From: a virus
Lineage: Duplodnaviria > Heunggongvirae > Uroviricota > Caudoviricetes
DNA length: 64,000 nucleotides
Reading direction: 5' to 3' (one strand)
Virus record (IMG/VR): IMGVR_UViG_3300006919_000037
The position numbers were made by a program, and so were the translations under genes. Numbering within the stretch: the first letter of the stretch is position 1; the number at the start of each line of letters is the position of its first letter. Below are positions 56,070-64,000 of this stretch, one piece after another. The notes under the pieces were generated by a model, which saw only the letters and a list, made by a program, of their open reading frames with translations, ran no database searches and was not told the origin of the DNA.

Positions 56070-57986
56070 TTAGATTTCACATCCACCAGCAACACAAGCC
56101 AATTCCTGTGATGCAACAGTGTGATCTTCTTTTTCGTAATCGGCCATCTTAGCCCAATCCACATTTTGTGGAGTCAGTTTCAACAACTCTTCATATTCCT
56201 CTTCACTAATCTCTTGGTATGGTGCTTGCTTATAGACGTGATCAGAGTGTGGCAGGAATGACACACCAGACATTTCATCCAGATGCTCATATACCCATGA
56301 TCCAACCTTCATCCATTCATCTTCTTTCACATACACAGTGATAGAGGGTTTGTGTTCACACCAGTATCTATGATATGTAAGCCATAGGGATAACTGTTCA
56401 ATAGCCGTCCTGTCATTTTTGAACACACTGTCTGCTGGAGCCTTGATCGGGAATGAGAAAACAGACGTGGTATCTGGCTTGGTTACATCCTCTTCCACGA
56501 TGAATCCCTGATCCTTCATGAACTTGGTAACAGGGTCTTTGTTGTCATTCCGGACTGTCCGGACATAAAATGGTGCAAACGATGGATGGATACCAGACGA
56601 TGACAGAACCATTTGTGATACTGTACCAGACGGCTTCACACAAGTGACTGCCTTGGATTGTGGAATACCAAGCTTTTCAGCCCATTCCTTGTTGGTGTCG
56701 ATTGCAACCTGCTTCAGTCTGTGTAGCAGGCTTCCCAGTTCAGCCAGTCCGGTTGAACCGTTGGTTAGAGTATTATCCATGATACCGGTCATGGACACAC
56801 CCAGCAACCGTTCTTCATCACAATTGTTCTTCCATTTCTTGGAGAGGTATTTGAAATTTGTGAGGGTTGACTGGAAGGTTCCAAGGATCGTGGCCTTCCG
56901 GACCTTCTCTGCAAGTGTCTCTTCCGTGTCTTCTGGTCTGATTACCACTTCAGAGAGGTTACAGAACTCACCAGACCGTAGAATGATTTCTGAGCATGGG
57001 TTTGTACCAAAATCCCATTCAGGGTCTCTACGGCCATTCTCTGCAACCTTTTTCTGGGATGCAGCACGTGAGAAGATACCACGTTCACCGGACTTGGACT
57101 CATACAACGATGTCCATTCCTTCATGAAAATACCGATATCAACTTTACCCTCTACCACATAGGAATTGTTTGCAAGCATTCTTTGCTTTTGTGTGAAGTA
57201 CCATTCACCTGACTTGGCACTTCTCAGACGATCATCAAACAGATCAGAGAGGGAAATTAGTGCAGAACGTCGAACACCACCAACAACAACGATATCAGCA
57301 ATCTTACAAACGATGTCATGACATTCCAACGTGGTCAGTTTACGTCCAGCAGAATTCTGGAATGTATCAATACAGAACTCAAATAATGCAATGAGGGGTT
57401 CTGGACCAGATGCACGGCCACCGAAAGTTTTCAGAATCGATCCAGCCTTCCGGACCTTTGAAACATCTGTCTTTGGAATCTGACCACTGTATAGAAGGTG
57501 AATCAGTTCTTTGAGAGATTTTGCCCAACCCAGCTTGGAGTCGGCCACTACGATTGTAGTATCTGAGTGGTGGAAATCCTCTGCAACTTCCGGCAACTTG
57601 TTGACGTGCTTGGACTCAACAGAGAATCCAACCCCGGTCCCGTTCATCAGGATGTATAGGATTTCATCAAATGCACGGGGATTATCTATAGCAGTGTAAG
57701 CACAGTTATAACCAGCCACGTTCTCACGTTTTAAGGCATCACCAGCCGTCATAAGACATCTCATGGATGGCATGATGCTCAAATCCAGTACAGCCTGCTC
57801 AAGCTCTTCCCTGACTGTTTTAGATAGATTGAATTTATTGTTATCCTTCAAGTGATCCTTGAAGAAATCAAAATACCTTCCAACAGTCTCTGGGTAGGTT
57901 TCACGTCTGTTTTTCTCCGTGAGCCATCTTGAATACCTTGAAAGGTGAATAAATTGTTGATACTGGGTGGGTAAACTGTTACACAT
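56070..57986 (-). CDS. nrdJ: Class II (B12-dependent) ribonucleotide reductase
   Basis: PSMRCL, GYNCAY, GTGVGFS, GGVRRSA, GTNPCSEI, CNLSEV, VKPSGT, C-terminal CVAGGCEI. Confidence 0.93.
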   Translation of the reverse strand: MCNSLPTQYQQFIHLSRYSRWLTEKNRRETYPETVGRYFDFFKDHLKDNNKFNLSKTVREELEQAVLDLSIMPSMRCLMTAGDALKRENVAGYNCAYTAIDNPRAFDEILYILMNGTGVGFSVESKHVNKLPEVAEDFHHSDTTIVVADSKLGWAKSLKELIHLLYSGQIPKTDVSKVRKAGSILKTFGGRASGPEPLIALFEFCIDTFQNSAGRKLTTLECHDIVCKIADIVVVGGVRRSALISLSDLFDDRLRSAKSGEWYFTQKQRMLANNSYVVEGKVDIGIFMKEWTSLYESKSGERGIFSRAASQKKVAENGRRDPEWDFGTNPCSEIILRSGEFCNLSEVVIRPEDTEETLAEKVRKATILGTFQSTLTNFKYLSKKWKNNCDEERLLGVSMTGIMDNTLTNGSTGLAELGSLLHRLKQVAIDTNKEWAEKLGIPQSKAVTCVKPSGTVSQMVLSSSGIHPSFAPFYVRTVRNDNKDPVTKFMKDQGFIVEEDVTKPDTTSVFSFPIKAPADSVFKNDRTAIEQLSLWLTYHRYWCEHKPSITVYVKEDEWMKVGSWVYEHLDEMSGVSFLPHSDHVYKQAPYQEISEEEYEELLKLTPQNVDWAKMADYEKEDHTVASQELACVAGGCEI

Positions 57987-58013
57987 CCTACGTTTGTCCT
58001 TATTACTTGTTTG

Positions 58014-58673
58014 TTAATTGTTTGAAGTGAGTCCTGATATAGACGGAAAATGTTCACATATACCATTCCAGCATTGTTCTGCAATCTCTCTATGTTCTTT
58101 CTGGGTGCCGTTACCCATACGTAGAGCACAATAATGAATCCATGATCTGAGAGTCCCCGACATGTACATCGTGGATGGTGTCATTCCTTCAGGCAGTACG
58201 GCTCTTGCCTGTTCCTTGGCCACACCATTATCCAGTGCCCATTCATAGGCTTCGATAATACGTTCACTCACAAGGTTTTGATATTCCTGCCACTGGTGTT
58301 CCAGAAATTCATCATCCACATCAACAGAATTCTGTCTGTTCTTTGGGTCTTGGAGTCTGGCTTCACGGGTCACCATGTCGGCAATATTGATCCGTGCATA
58401 TCTTTGTGAGAATTCCTGAAACGAAAACGACCTGTGACGTAGGATTTGTCTCCCAATATCACGAGTCGTTTTGATTTCAATAGCCATATGGACCATCTCA
58501 AAAGGGGACCAGTGCTTGTTGTTGATCAGATATGCCAACAGCTTGTCTGCTGTGTCATTGTTCAATTGATTTGATGGGTTTGATACCCGTGCACAATATG
58601 CCACAAACTCTTCTGCCGTATCAACACCGTCTATGTTCACCGGTTGGGTGACTGCCACTACTTTCACGTTCAT
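58014..58673 (-). CDS. thyX: Flavin-dependent thymidylate synthase
   Basis: RHRSFSFQEFSQRY motif, HWSPFEM, EQARAVLP, TQKEHR. Confidence 0.95.
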   Translation of the reverse strand: MNVKVVAVTQPVNIDGVDTAEEFVAYCARVSNPSNQLNNDTADKLLAYLINNKHWSPFEMVHMAIEIKTTRDIGRQILRHRSFSFQEFSQRYARINIADMVTREARLQDPKNRQNSVDVDDEFLEHQWQEYQNLVSERIIEAYEWALDNGVAKEQARAVLPEGMTPSTMYMSGTLRSWIHYCALRMGNGTQKEHREIAEQCWNGICEHFPSISGLTSNN

Positions 58674-58954
58674 TTCATTTTCTTCCTGTTGTTTTTGAAA
58701 AATTCAAGTTGGTTTTTGGTTGAGGCCATAAAACGATTCTCATTTCTCATTGCCACATCCAATGGTGTTACAGTACAGATCACATGATCAAGATGTTTCC
58801 ATACATTATAGTGTGCACTTTTCGGTACAATTCTATCTCGTTTGATCTTCTCTCTCACAGCCTGTACCACGAAGGTGTCTTCAAGATAGATGCTCATTTG
58901 ATCATGAACAGTATCTTTTGTGGTGTGCCTTCCAAAATATCTACTCATTATCAA
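58670..58954 (-). CDS. Hypothetical protein
   Basis: ORF in a coupled chain. Confidence 0.6.
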   Translation of the reverse strand: MIMSRYFGRHTTKDTVHDQMSIYLEDTFVVQAVREKIKRDRIVPKSAHYNVWKHLDHVICTVTPLDVAMRNENRFMASTKNQLEFFKNNRKKMK

Positions 58955-59189
58955 CCCTCACAAATTTTGTCTTTGACAATTCATCTTCATTCCCAAAAGC
59001 TGATGGTTCCAACAGTTCTTCAGTATGCCAAGCTATTTCAGTATGAACCCCAACTTGATATGGTTTGTCACATTTTGGACAGTCAAATTCAAACCCGGTA
59101 TCCGGCTCCCAGAATTCATATTCATCACCATATGGTATGTGTTCAAATGCACAATATGGGCAAACAACTCCACTCATATCTTCATCCAC
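58941..59189 (-). CDS. Zinc-ribbon protein
   Basis: CPYC...CPKC. Confidence 0.65.
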   Translation of the reverse strand: MDEDMSGVVCPYCAFEHIPYGDEYEFWEPDTGFEFDCPKCDKPYQVGVHTEIAWHTEELLEPSAFGNEDELSKTKFVRVDNE

Positions 59190-60181
59190 TTCCCTAATTC
59201 CAATTTTGCTTGTAGTCCTGAATATGTGTTGTTTCGAATCAGTTTTTCAATATCAAATCCAGCCATGACCATATCATTAACGTCCTTATACTCAGAAACC
59301 TCATCTGGCCATATGACAATTTTGTGGTCACGGGCAACAGAACGTCTGATCTGAGAGACAACTTCAGTATTACGATAGTCGTTATCGTATATGTCTATGA
59401 CGTTCTTTTCGGGGATATCCAGTATCTCTGAAGCTTTGTATAATGAGCAGTCCATCATAGCAACGGCATTATTCACAAACATAGAATCAATAGGGCCTTC
59501 CAAAATTCTCACTGGCAGGTCATAATCAACCTTGTCTGATCCAAAAGCCTTGATGGATTCAGCATCAGGCTTTATTGTTATATATCTGATACCCGTTTTC
59601 GAGAAAGACCGGCCTTGCACCCCTACAACGTCACCATTTTTCTCATTGAAAGGGATGATAAGCCGTTGTTCATCCTCAATTAATTTCTTCCCATTCTCTG
59701 GCCAGAAGTCATCTACAAAGGCTTTGAAGTCCTCTGCATAATACAACATGTCCAAAAATTTATTTGGTATTTTCCTTATCGTGAAATACTCGACTGCCAT
59801 ATGATCTTTTGGTAGATCAGACAGTTTCGGCAACCTGATTTTCAGCTTTGGTTTTGGTAGCACGACCTTGAAATCATCAGCATTTGAAACCACTTGCTTC
59901 TTTCTGGGTGTGAAGATTTCGAGCATGAATTCATCATAAACAGACCGGTTGTATTTCTTGAGAAAATCCTTGAACCAGTAACCTTCCCGGCAATTGTGGC
60001 AAAAGAATCGTACACCCTGTCCCTTCCTATAGAAATAGGCACGGGTCTTGAGCTTATCCTTTTTTGAATCACCACACAATGGGCATCTGAAATTCCATGT
60101 CTTGGAATCTTTTTGCTTGAATAGCTTCAAGCTGCCTGATATTATATTCAGGTACTTGGTTTCAATTATATCATTTGCCAT
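59174..60181 (-). CDS. gp61: DNA primase
   Basis: NFRCPLCGDS, FFCHNC, RLIIPF, QGRS, RYITIK, LEGPIDSMF, YDND, KDVNDM. Confidence 0.95.
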   Translation of the reverse strand: MANDIIETKYLNIISGSLKLFKQKDSKTWNFRCPLCGDSKKDKLKTRAYFYRKGQGVRFFCHNCREGYWFKDFLKKYNRSVYDEFMLEIFTPRKKQVVSNADDFKVVLPKPKLKIRLPKLSDLPKDHMAVEYFTIRKIPNKFLDMLYYAEDFKAFVDDFWPENGKKLIEDEQRLIIPFNEKNGDVVGVQGRSFSKTGIRYITIKPDAESIKAFGSDKVDYDLPVRILEGPIDSMFVNNAVAMMDCSLYKASEILDIPEKNVIDIYDNDYRNTEVVSQIRRSVARDHKIVIWPDEVSEYKDVNDMVMAGFDIEKLIRNNTYSGLQAKLELGKWMKI

Positions 60182-60237
60182 AAAAAAAAACCTCTGGGGA
60201 CTGTTTCCAATATGGAAGAGTAGCCCCCAGAAGTCAA
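60182..60237 (-). terminator. Terminator hairpin overlapping a TTGACT-17-CATATT promoter
   Basis: CTTCTGGGGGCT..TTCCA/TGGAA..GTCCCCAGAGG plus T-run, directly upstream of primase. Confidence 0.6.
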
Positions 60238-60255
60238 TGTGTCAAATTATTATTT

Positions 60256-60399
60256 TTAGGCTGTTGGTTCGTCGTTGGAACCAAACACCTTGCCCCACAT
60301 AGCCACAACCCATTTAGGTGCAGGCAGGAGAAACCAACCTACACACAGTCCAGCAGCAAACCATGATGCTGAGTTAACCGAAAATCCTAGAAAATCCAT
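60256..60399 (-). CDS. 47-aa membrane peptide (lysis-module candidate; below track cutoff)
   Basis: MDFLGFSVNSASWFAAGLCVGWFLLPAPKWVVAMWGKVFGSNDEPTA. Confidence 0.55.
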   Translation of the reverse strand: MDFLGFSVNSASWFAAGLCVGWFLLPAPKWVVAMWGKVFGSNDEPTA

Positions 60400-60404
60400 C
60401 TTTT

Positions 60405-60950
60405 TTACCTCTTGTTAGATACTGTGAGTGGTCTGTTACCACCCGTTGCTGGTCTATTTATGAACACGTGATCATTGGTGATCACTTCATAGCTGTTGTT
60501 GTCCCTGATCTTCTGCATGACACGTGATCCAAACCAGAACCCCATGATAGCACCGAAAATGGATATTGTCTCCAAATCCCATATCAGGATGATGGCTTCT
60601 TGGAATGGTGCTCCACCTTGTGTCATTATCACTAAAGCAGTGCCTTTGACAACAACGAAAACAAAGAAGAAAAGGTAGGTAATGACAGGCCGAACAGAAG
60701 CTCTGAGTGATTCAATAAACTTGCCACCCCCAAGAGAGCTATCATGAGTTCGAAGTGAATCTCCTTCCTTTGCATCAGCCCTAGCATCTTCAAGCCTGAT
60801 CTGAAGTTGAATGCCAGCAGCAGCAGCTTCCATCCGTAGCTTAACCATATCACGTTCATGCTCCAGTCTGTTCTTTCTATCGAACATCTCTACCAGTTGG
60901 GGTAATACTGATGATAGTGCCCCCAAAATTGTTGCTAATAGTGTAATCAT
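60405..60950 (-). CDS. Membrane protein, holin-like
   Basis: N-terminal TM, coiled coil, LRASVRPVITY, two more TMs, GFWFGSR. Confidence 0.65.
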   Translation of the reverse strand: MITLLATILGALSSVLPQLVEMFDRKNRLEHERDMVKLRMEAAAAGIQLQIRLEDARADAKEGDSLRTHDSSLGGGKFIESLRASVRPVITYLFFFVFVVVKGTALVIMTQGGAPFQEAIILIWDLETISIFGAIMGFWFGSRVMQKIRDNNSYEVITNDHVFINRPATGGNRPLTVSNKR

Positions 60951-60951
60951 T

Positions 60952-61359
60952 TTACTTCTCTATATGTGACATTTTCTCTTGGCCACGGGACCATGTGTAA
61001 ATACCCATGATTGCCCCCATGGACAAATGATACAACCCACCATTTTGTATGGTTAGTGGAACCCATTGTACATAGCTTGTCTCGTTGCCCTGAAAGAAAA
61101 CCATTGTCAGGATTGGTGCTATGATGAAATCAAACAGGCACACCAATATGTATTGCCATGCCATGAACGGTCTCCACCACCGTTTCAGCCTACTGTCTTC
61201 CAATGGACTCGTTTCAACCAGTGTCCAGACCCTGTTACTGTCTGATATGGTGGACCGTCTTCTGAAATTACGACTCCGTGTTGGTTTCGGTATTTCGTTT
61301 GGTTCTTTACCCGGTTCAAGTTCCTTCTGGAAGCCTTCCGGTGGTGTCTCTATAGACAT
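60952..61359 (-). CDS. Holin-like membrane protein
   Basis: WWRPFMAWQY...DFII.P...LYHLSMGAIMG...RGQEK. Confidence 0.6.
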   Translation of the reverse strand: MSIETPPEGFQKELEPGKEPNEIPKPTRSRNFRRRSTISDSNRVWTLVETSPLEDSRLKRWWRPFMAWQYILVCLFDFIIAPILTMVFFQGNETSYVQWVPLTIQNGGLYHLSMGAIMGIYTWSRGQEKMSHIEK

Positions 61360-62646
61360 TTAGGTACTTTCTACCAGTCTCGTTTCAATAAGACTGAATC
61401 GTGCACTTACAACCGTATCGTCTTTATCAGATGTTGCTGTCAATTCCAATAATGATTCTTCACCCACAACAAATGGTTGTGATGGTTTGAGTTCAACAAC
61501 GTTTTCAACAGTAGTATCAATAATTGCCCTGAACACCTCATATCGTGCACCAGAGACAAGTGATTTTACCCACATTTTCAATGTAACAATTGGGTTTTTA
61601 CCAGCTTGCTTACTTACATTGATCCACAACCAGTCAACAAGAGCAGTGTGGTCTCTCTGAACGAAAAAGAATGCCTGCTGTGTTGAACCCTCACCGGCAG
61701 GAATAATACCTTGTCTGGTCCCGGCTGTTACTGCTGTTGCTGTAATATTACCAGTGTTAAGACCGGATGAACCTGCCAGATAAATAGCCATACGGTTGAT
61801 ACCGACATATTCATTTACAGTGCTTACATTGGATGTTCCATTAAGTTGAACAACTTCCAATGTTGCCTTATTATTAGCATCATTACCATATATGATAATT
61901 GATTGTGCACCTGTTTGTGACACGTTATCAGATGCACTTGATGATCTGATATTAATTGTGTTTGCCCCGGTCAATGGAACCAGTCTTCCACCTTCAGTCC
62001 ATACTGTAGATTCAACGGTGCTATTTGGGACAGTGCTATTATAACCCCACTTATTCCAAGTCTGTTGGCCTTGTCTCAATCCTAAAGCAACTTCATATTT
62101 ATAATCGGTTGGTCTAACAGCTTCAGCATCATAATCCTGTGCAAGCACTGCATCCAGTGGTGCATTCAAAGCCGACCTATCGTTACTGAACATAGTTTGC
62201 AGTCTAAAATAAGACTGTGCTGAACCACTGTCATTATCGTTAGTGAAAACAACTCTACAATAACGTCTGGTGATTGTGAATTTATGTGGTGCATTGATAC
62301 GATTTGTTCTATGGTATCGGGTCAGAGTTGAGTCTTGGTTCACTCCATCTGGAGAAAACTGAACACTATAATAACCATTCTGATCCGTGGCAATGGCAAC
62401 TGTCACAGAATCATATACACCCACATCTTCCCACTCACCGGTAAATGTTGCATTGTTTGCTAATGGGGTGGTGGAAGAATTGTTCTCATTGATACCAATA
62501 ACGGTATTTGTTGAGGAATTTTCGGATGCTGATGTACTTGAAAGAGAAACAACATTACCTGTTGAATCTGCTAACATAAACACTTCATACGATGTTGTGT
62601 GGTTGTTTGGGTCTGCTATGTTGCTATCTATTCTAAATGTTGCCAT
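61360..62646 (-). CDS. Probable virion structural protein
   Basis: TTPLANNATFTG, NKWGYN, GAQSIIIYG.D, GNIT, IPAGEG.TQQA pattern. Confidence 0.55.
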   Translation of the reverse strand: MATFRIDSNIADPNNHTTSYEVFMLADSTGNVVSLSSTSASENSSTNTVIGINENNSSTTPLANNATFTGEWEDVGVYDSVTVAIATDQNGYYSVQFSPDGVNQDSTLTRYHRTNRINAPHKFTITRRYCRVVFTNDNDSGSAQSYFRLQTMFSNDRSALNAPLDAVLAQDYDAEAVRPTDYKYEVALGLRQGQQTWNKWGYNSTVPNSTVESTVWTEGGRLVPLTGANTINIRSSSASDNVSQTGAQSIIIYGNDANNKATLEVVQLNGTSNVSTVNEYVGINRMAIYLAGSSGLNTGNITATAVTAGTRQGIIPAGEGSTQQAFFFVQRDHTALVDWLWINVSKQAGKNPIVTLKMWVKSLVSGARYEVFRAIIDTTVENVVELKPSQPFVVGEESLLELTATSDKDDTVVSARFSLIETRLVEST

Positions 62647-62652
62647 CTGTTT

Positions 62653-63408
62653 TTACCTGTAACAAGCTTGGAAATGCATCGGATCATAGTTTCTTTCCAT
62701 GCCAAGTGAATACCAGCCTTCATCTCTGAAAGCCTGTACAAACTTTGCACAATCCGGATGAGAGAAGTGTGCATCTTTCCACTTGGTTCTCAGGCCGTTC
62801 CTAGCTGGGTCCATGTCGATTGCAATACCCCATGCATGTGTGGACCAACGGTTACCACCCCTAATCTTACGGACGTTCAGGCACCCACCAAACAGATCGA
62901 AGCCATGTTCAGCCCGTTCTTCTGGTGTGTAGTCGGATGCTATCTGTTCAAATATACCCTGAAGGCTCTTGGAGACCTTCTCATGGCATGTTATCTTACT
63001 TAGCACCACCTTTGTGTCCCAAGCCAGTTTGAGCTTGTATGGCATCTGTATCTGTGTCTGGTTTTGTCCCACCCGGCCATAGAATGACCGTAGGTCAGAC
63101 ATACGTTCTTTGGGCCATACTGAATATGGCTTGGTCTCAATGGTTGGGTTGTGAACATTATCATCTGGTGAAGTTCTCAGAGACTCTTCAAACTTGGCCT
63201 TGGTCTTCGATCCAACCTTGCCGTCTGTTACCAGACCAGACATTCTCTGGAACATGATGACAGATTGTTTCGACATAGGACCATAGAGTCCATCAATATT
63301 TCCCTGATAGAGTCCAAGATCGGCCATGTGTTTTTGATATCGTTTGTCTATTCTGGTCATTTTACGAATCCAGCCTTCTCCATGTCTGATTTTTTGATTA
63401 CCAACCAT
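62653..63408 (-). CDS. Endolysin: peptidoglycan-binding domain + M15 peptidase
   Basis: IDGLYGPMS...FQRMSGLVTDGKVG; GGCLNVRKIRGG..WSTHAWGIAIDMD; DPMHFQ. Confidence 0.9.
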   Translation of the reverse strand: MVGNQKIRHGEGWIRKMTRIDKRYQKHMADLGLYQGNIDGLYGPMSKQSVIMFQRMSGLVTDGKVGSKTKAKFEESLRTSPDDNVHNPTIETKPYSVWPKERMSDLRSFYGRVGQNQTQIQMPYKLKLAWDTKVVLSKITCHEKVSKSLQGIFEQIASDYTPEERAEHGFDLFGGCLNVRKIRGGNRWSTHAWGIAIDMDPARNGLRTKWKDAHFSHPDCAKFVQAFRDEGWYSLGMERNYDPMHFQACYR

Positions 63409-63620
63409 TTACCATTGTTTAGTTCATATCCATACCCGGCAGATTTTTTTGGTCTGTCTTGGGTATCTGACCATGACTGTGCAGACCAAACGGCATCAGC
63501 TTTAGATTTATACCAACCTTCAATTTCCCAATCACCATTGGGTGATCTGATCAATACCCAGTTACCACTCTTTTGACCAAACGATAATGATTCACTCATA
63601 AACTCCCTAAACGTCTTCAT
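63357..63620 (-). CDS. Putative internal head protein
   Basis: Starts MKTFREFMSES (capsid-targeting-like). Confidence 0.6.
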   Translation of the reverse strand: MKTFREFMSESLSFGQKSGNWVLIRSPNGDWEIEGWYKSKADAVWSAQSWSDTQDRPKKSAGYGYELNNGKWLVIKKSDMEKAGFVK

Positions 63621-63967
63621 TACTTCTTGCCATACTTGATGTATGTCATAGCCCCGGTACGTTCATCCTGAACGATGATTGGTTCATCCCGGTTCTTGTA
63701 TGCATACTCACGGATAGCCTTGCCAGTATCACACTCACCCACATATGACTTCCAGTGCTTGTATTGCTTCTTGCCTTGTAGGCACTTGTGGTATGTGTCA
63801 CCGTTCACTTCAAAACAGGTCTTGCCAGCAAACTTCTTCTTCTTGACGAAAACCTCACCCGTGTCACCTGTACCGGGGACGGCTGGACCAGTTGCATTGG
63901 CTGGTGCATCTTCAGCCATTGCCTTATGCTTTTCCTTACGGGGAAGCCTCTTGTTCTTTAATGCCAC
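63620..63967 (-). CDS. Conserved T4-like hypothetical protein (start uncertain, near window edge)
   Basis: EDAPANATG, FAGKTCFEV, GKKQYKHW..YVG, IIVQDERTGAMTYIKY. Confidence 0.65.
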   Translation of the reverse strand: MALKNKRLPRKEKHKAMAEDAPANATGPAVPGTGDTGEVFVKKKKFAGKTCFEVNGDTYHKCLQGKKQYKHWKSYVGECDTGKAIREYAYKNRDEPIIVQDERTGAMTYIKYGKK

Positions 63968-64000
63968 GACTCTCTTACGGTACTTGGGTGTACGTAGGTC

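Noticed and set aside
235-63576. Numerous antisense and alternate-frame ORFs in the track (e.g. 6319-6546, 22683-23012, 42161-42745, 56644-57162)
   Set aside because: They are shadows of well-supported genes or of low-complexity repeats, with no motifs or RBS.
1-64000. Alternative genetic code (UGA recoding) suggested by the possible UCA tRNA
   Set aside because: Core genes are intact in code 11, and many end in TGA with ATGA coupling.
1-64000. Depletion of the CcrM site GANTC or of CpG in general
   Set aside because: GAATC/GACTC/GATTC and CG in other contexts are frequent; only CGC/GCG appears missing.

Overview
A 64 kb stretch of a large T4-like myovirus genome, mostly minus-strand genes. 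The host is probably an alphaproteobacterium: the window carries a circularly permuted alpha-type tmRNA with tag ANDNFAPMALAA and TTGAC-17-CATTCT/CATTAT early promoters. The left half (1-36 kb) is the morphogenesis block: terminase gp17/gp16, gp15/14/13, fibres, two DUF4815/VrlC-like ORFs, baseplate gp8/7/6/25/5.4/5/53/48, gp4, gp2, gp54-like, gp26/gp51 and a tail hydrolase. An oxygenase/sulfotransferase-like island is inserted in it. The right half has gp32, gp59, a non-coding RNA island, an array of repeated early-promoter cassettes each driving small ORFs, HtrA, exonuclease, PhoH, RNase H, glutaredoxin, a GIY-YIG nuclease, class II RNR, ThyX, primase and a lysis module. The most notable observations are: (1) apparent total absence of CGC/GCG trinucleotides; (2) a two-piece tmRNA plus two aberrant tRNA-like elements and other structured RNAs; (3) prolyl-4-hydroxylases beside a (Ser/Thr-Pro)n fibre that ends in a Hint domain, plus a second Hint domain in another virion protein; (4) a likely -1 frameshift fusing gp26 to a start-less gp51; (5) a SprT-like protease with a capsid-targeting sequence. 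All family assignments come from motif recognition by eye; no database searches or counts were run.
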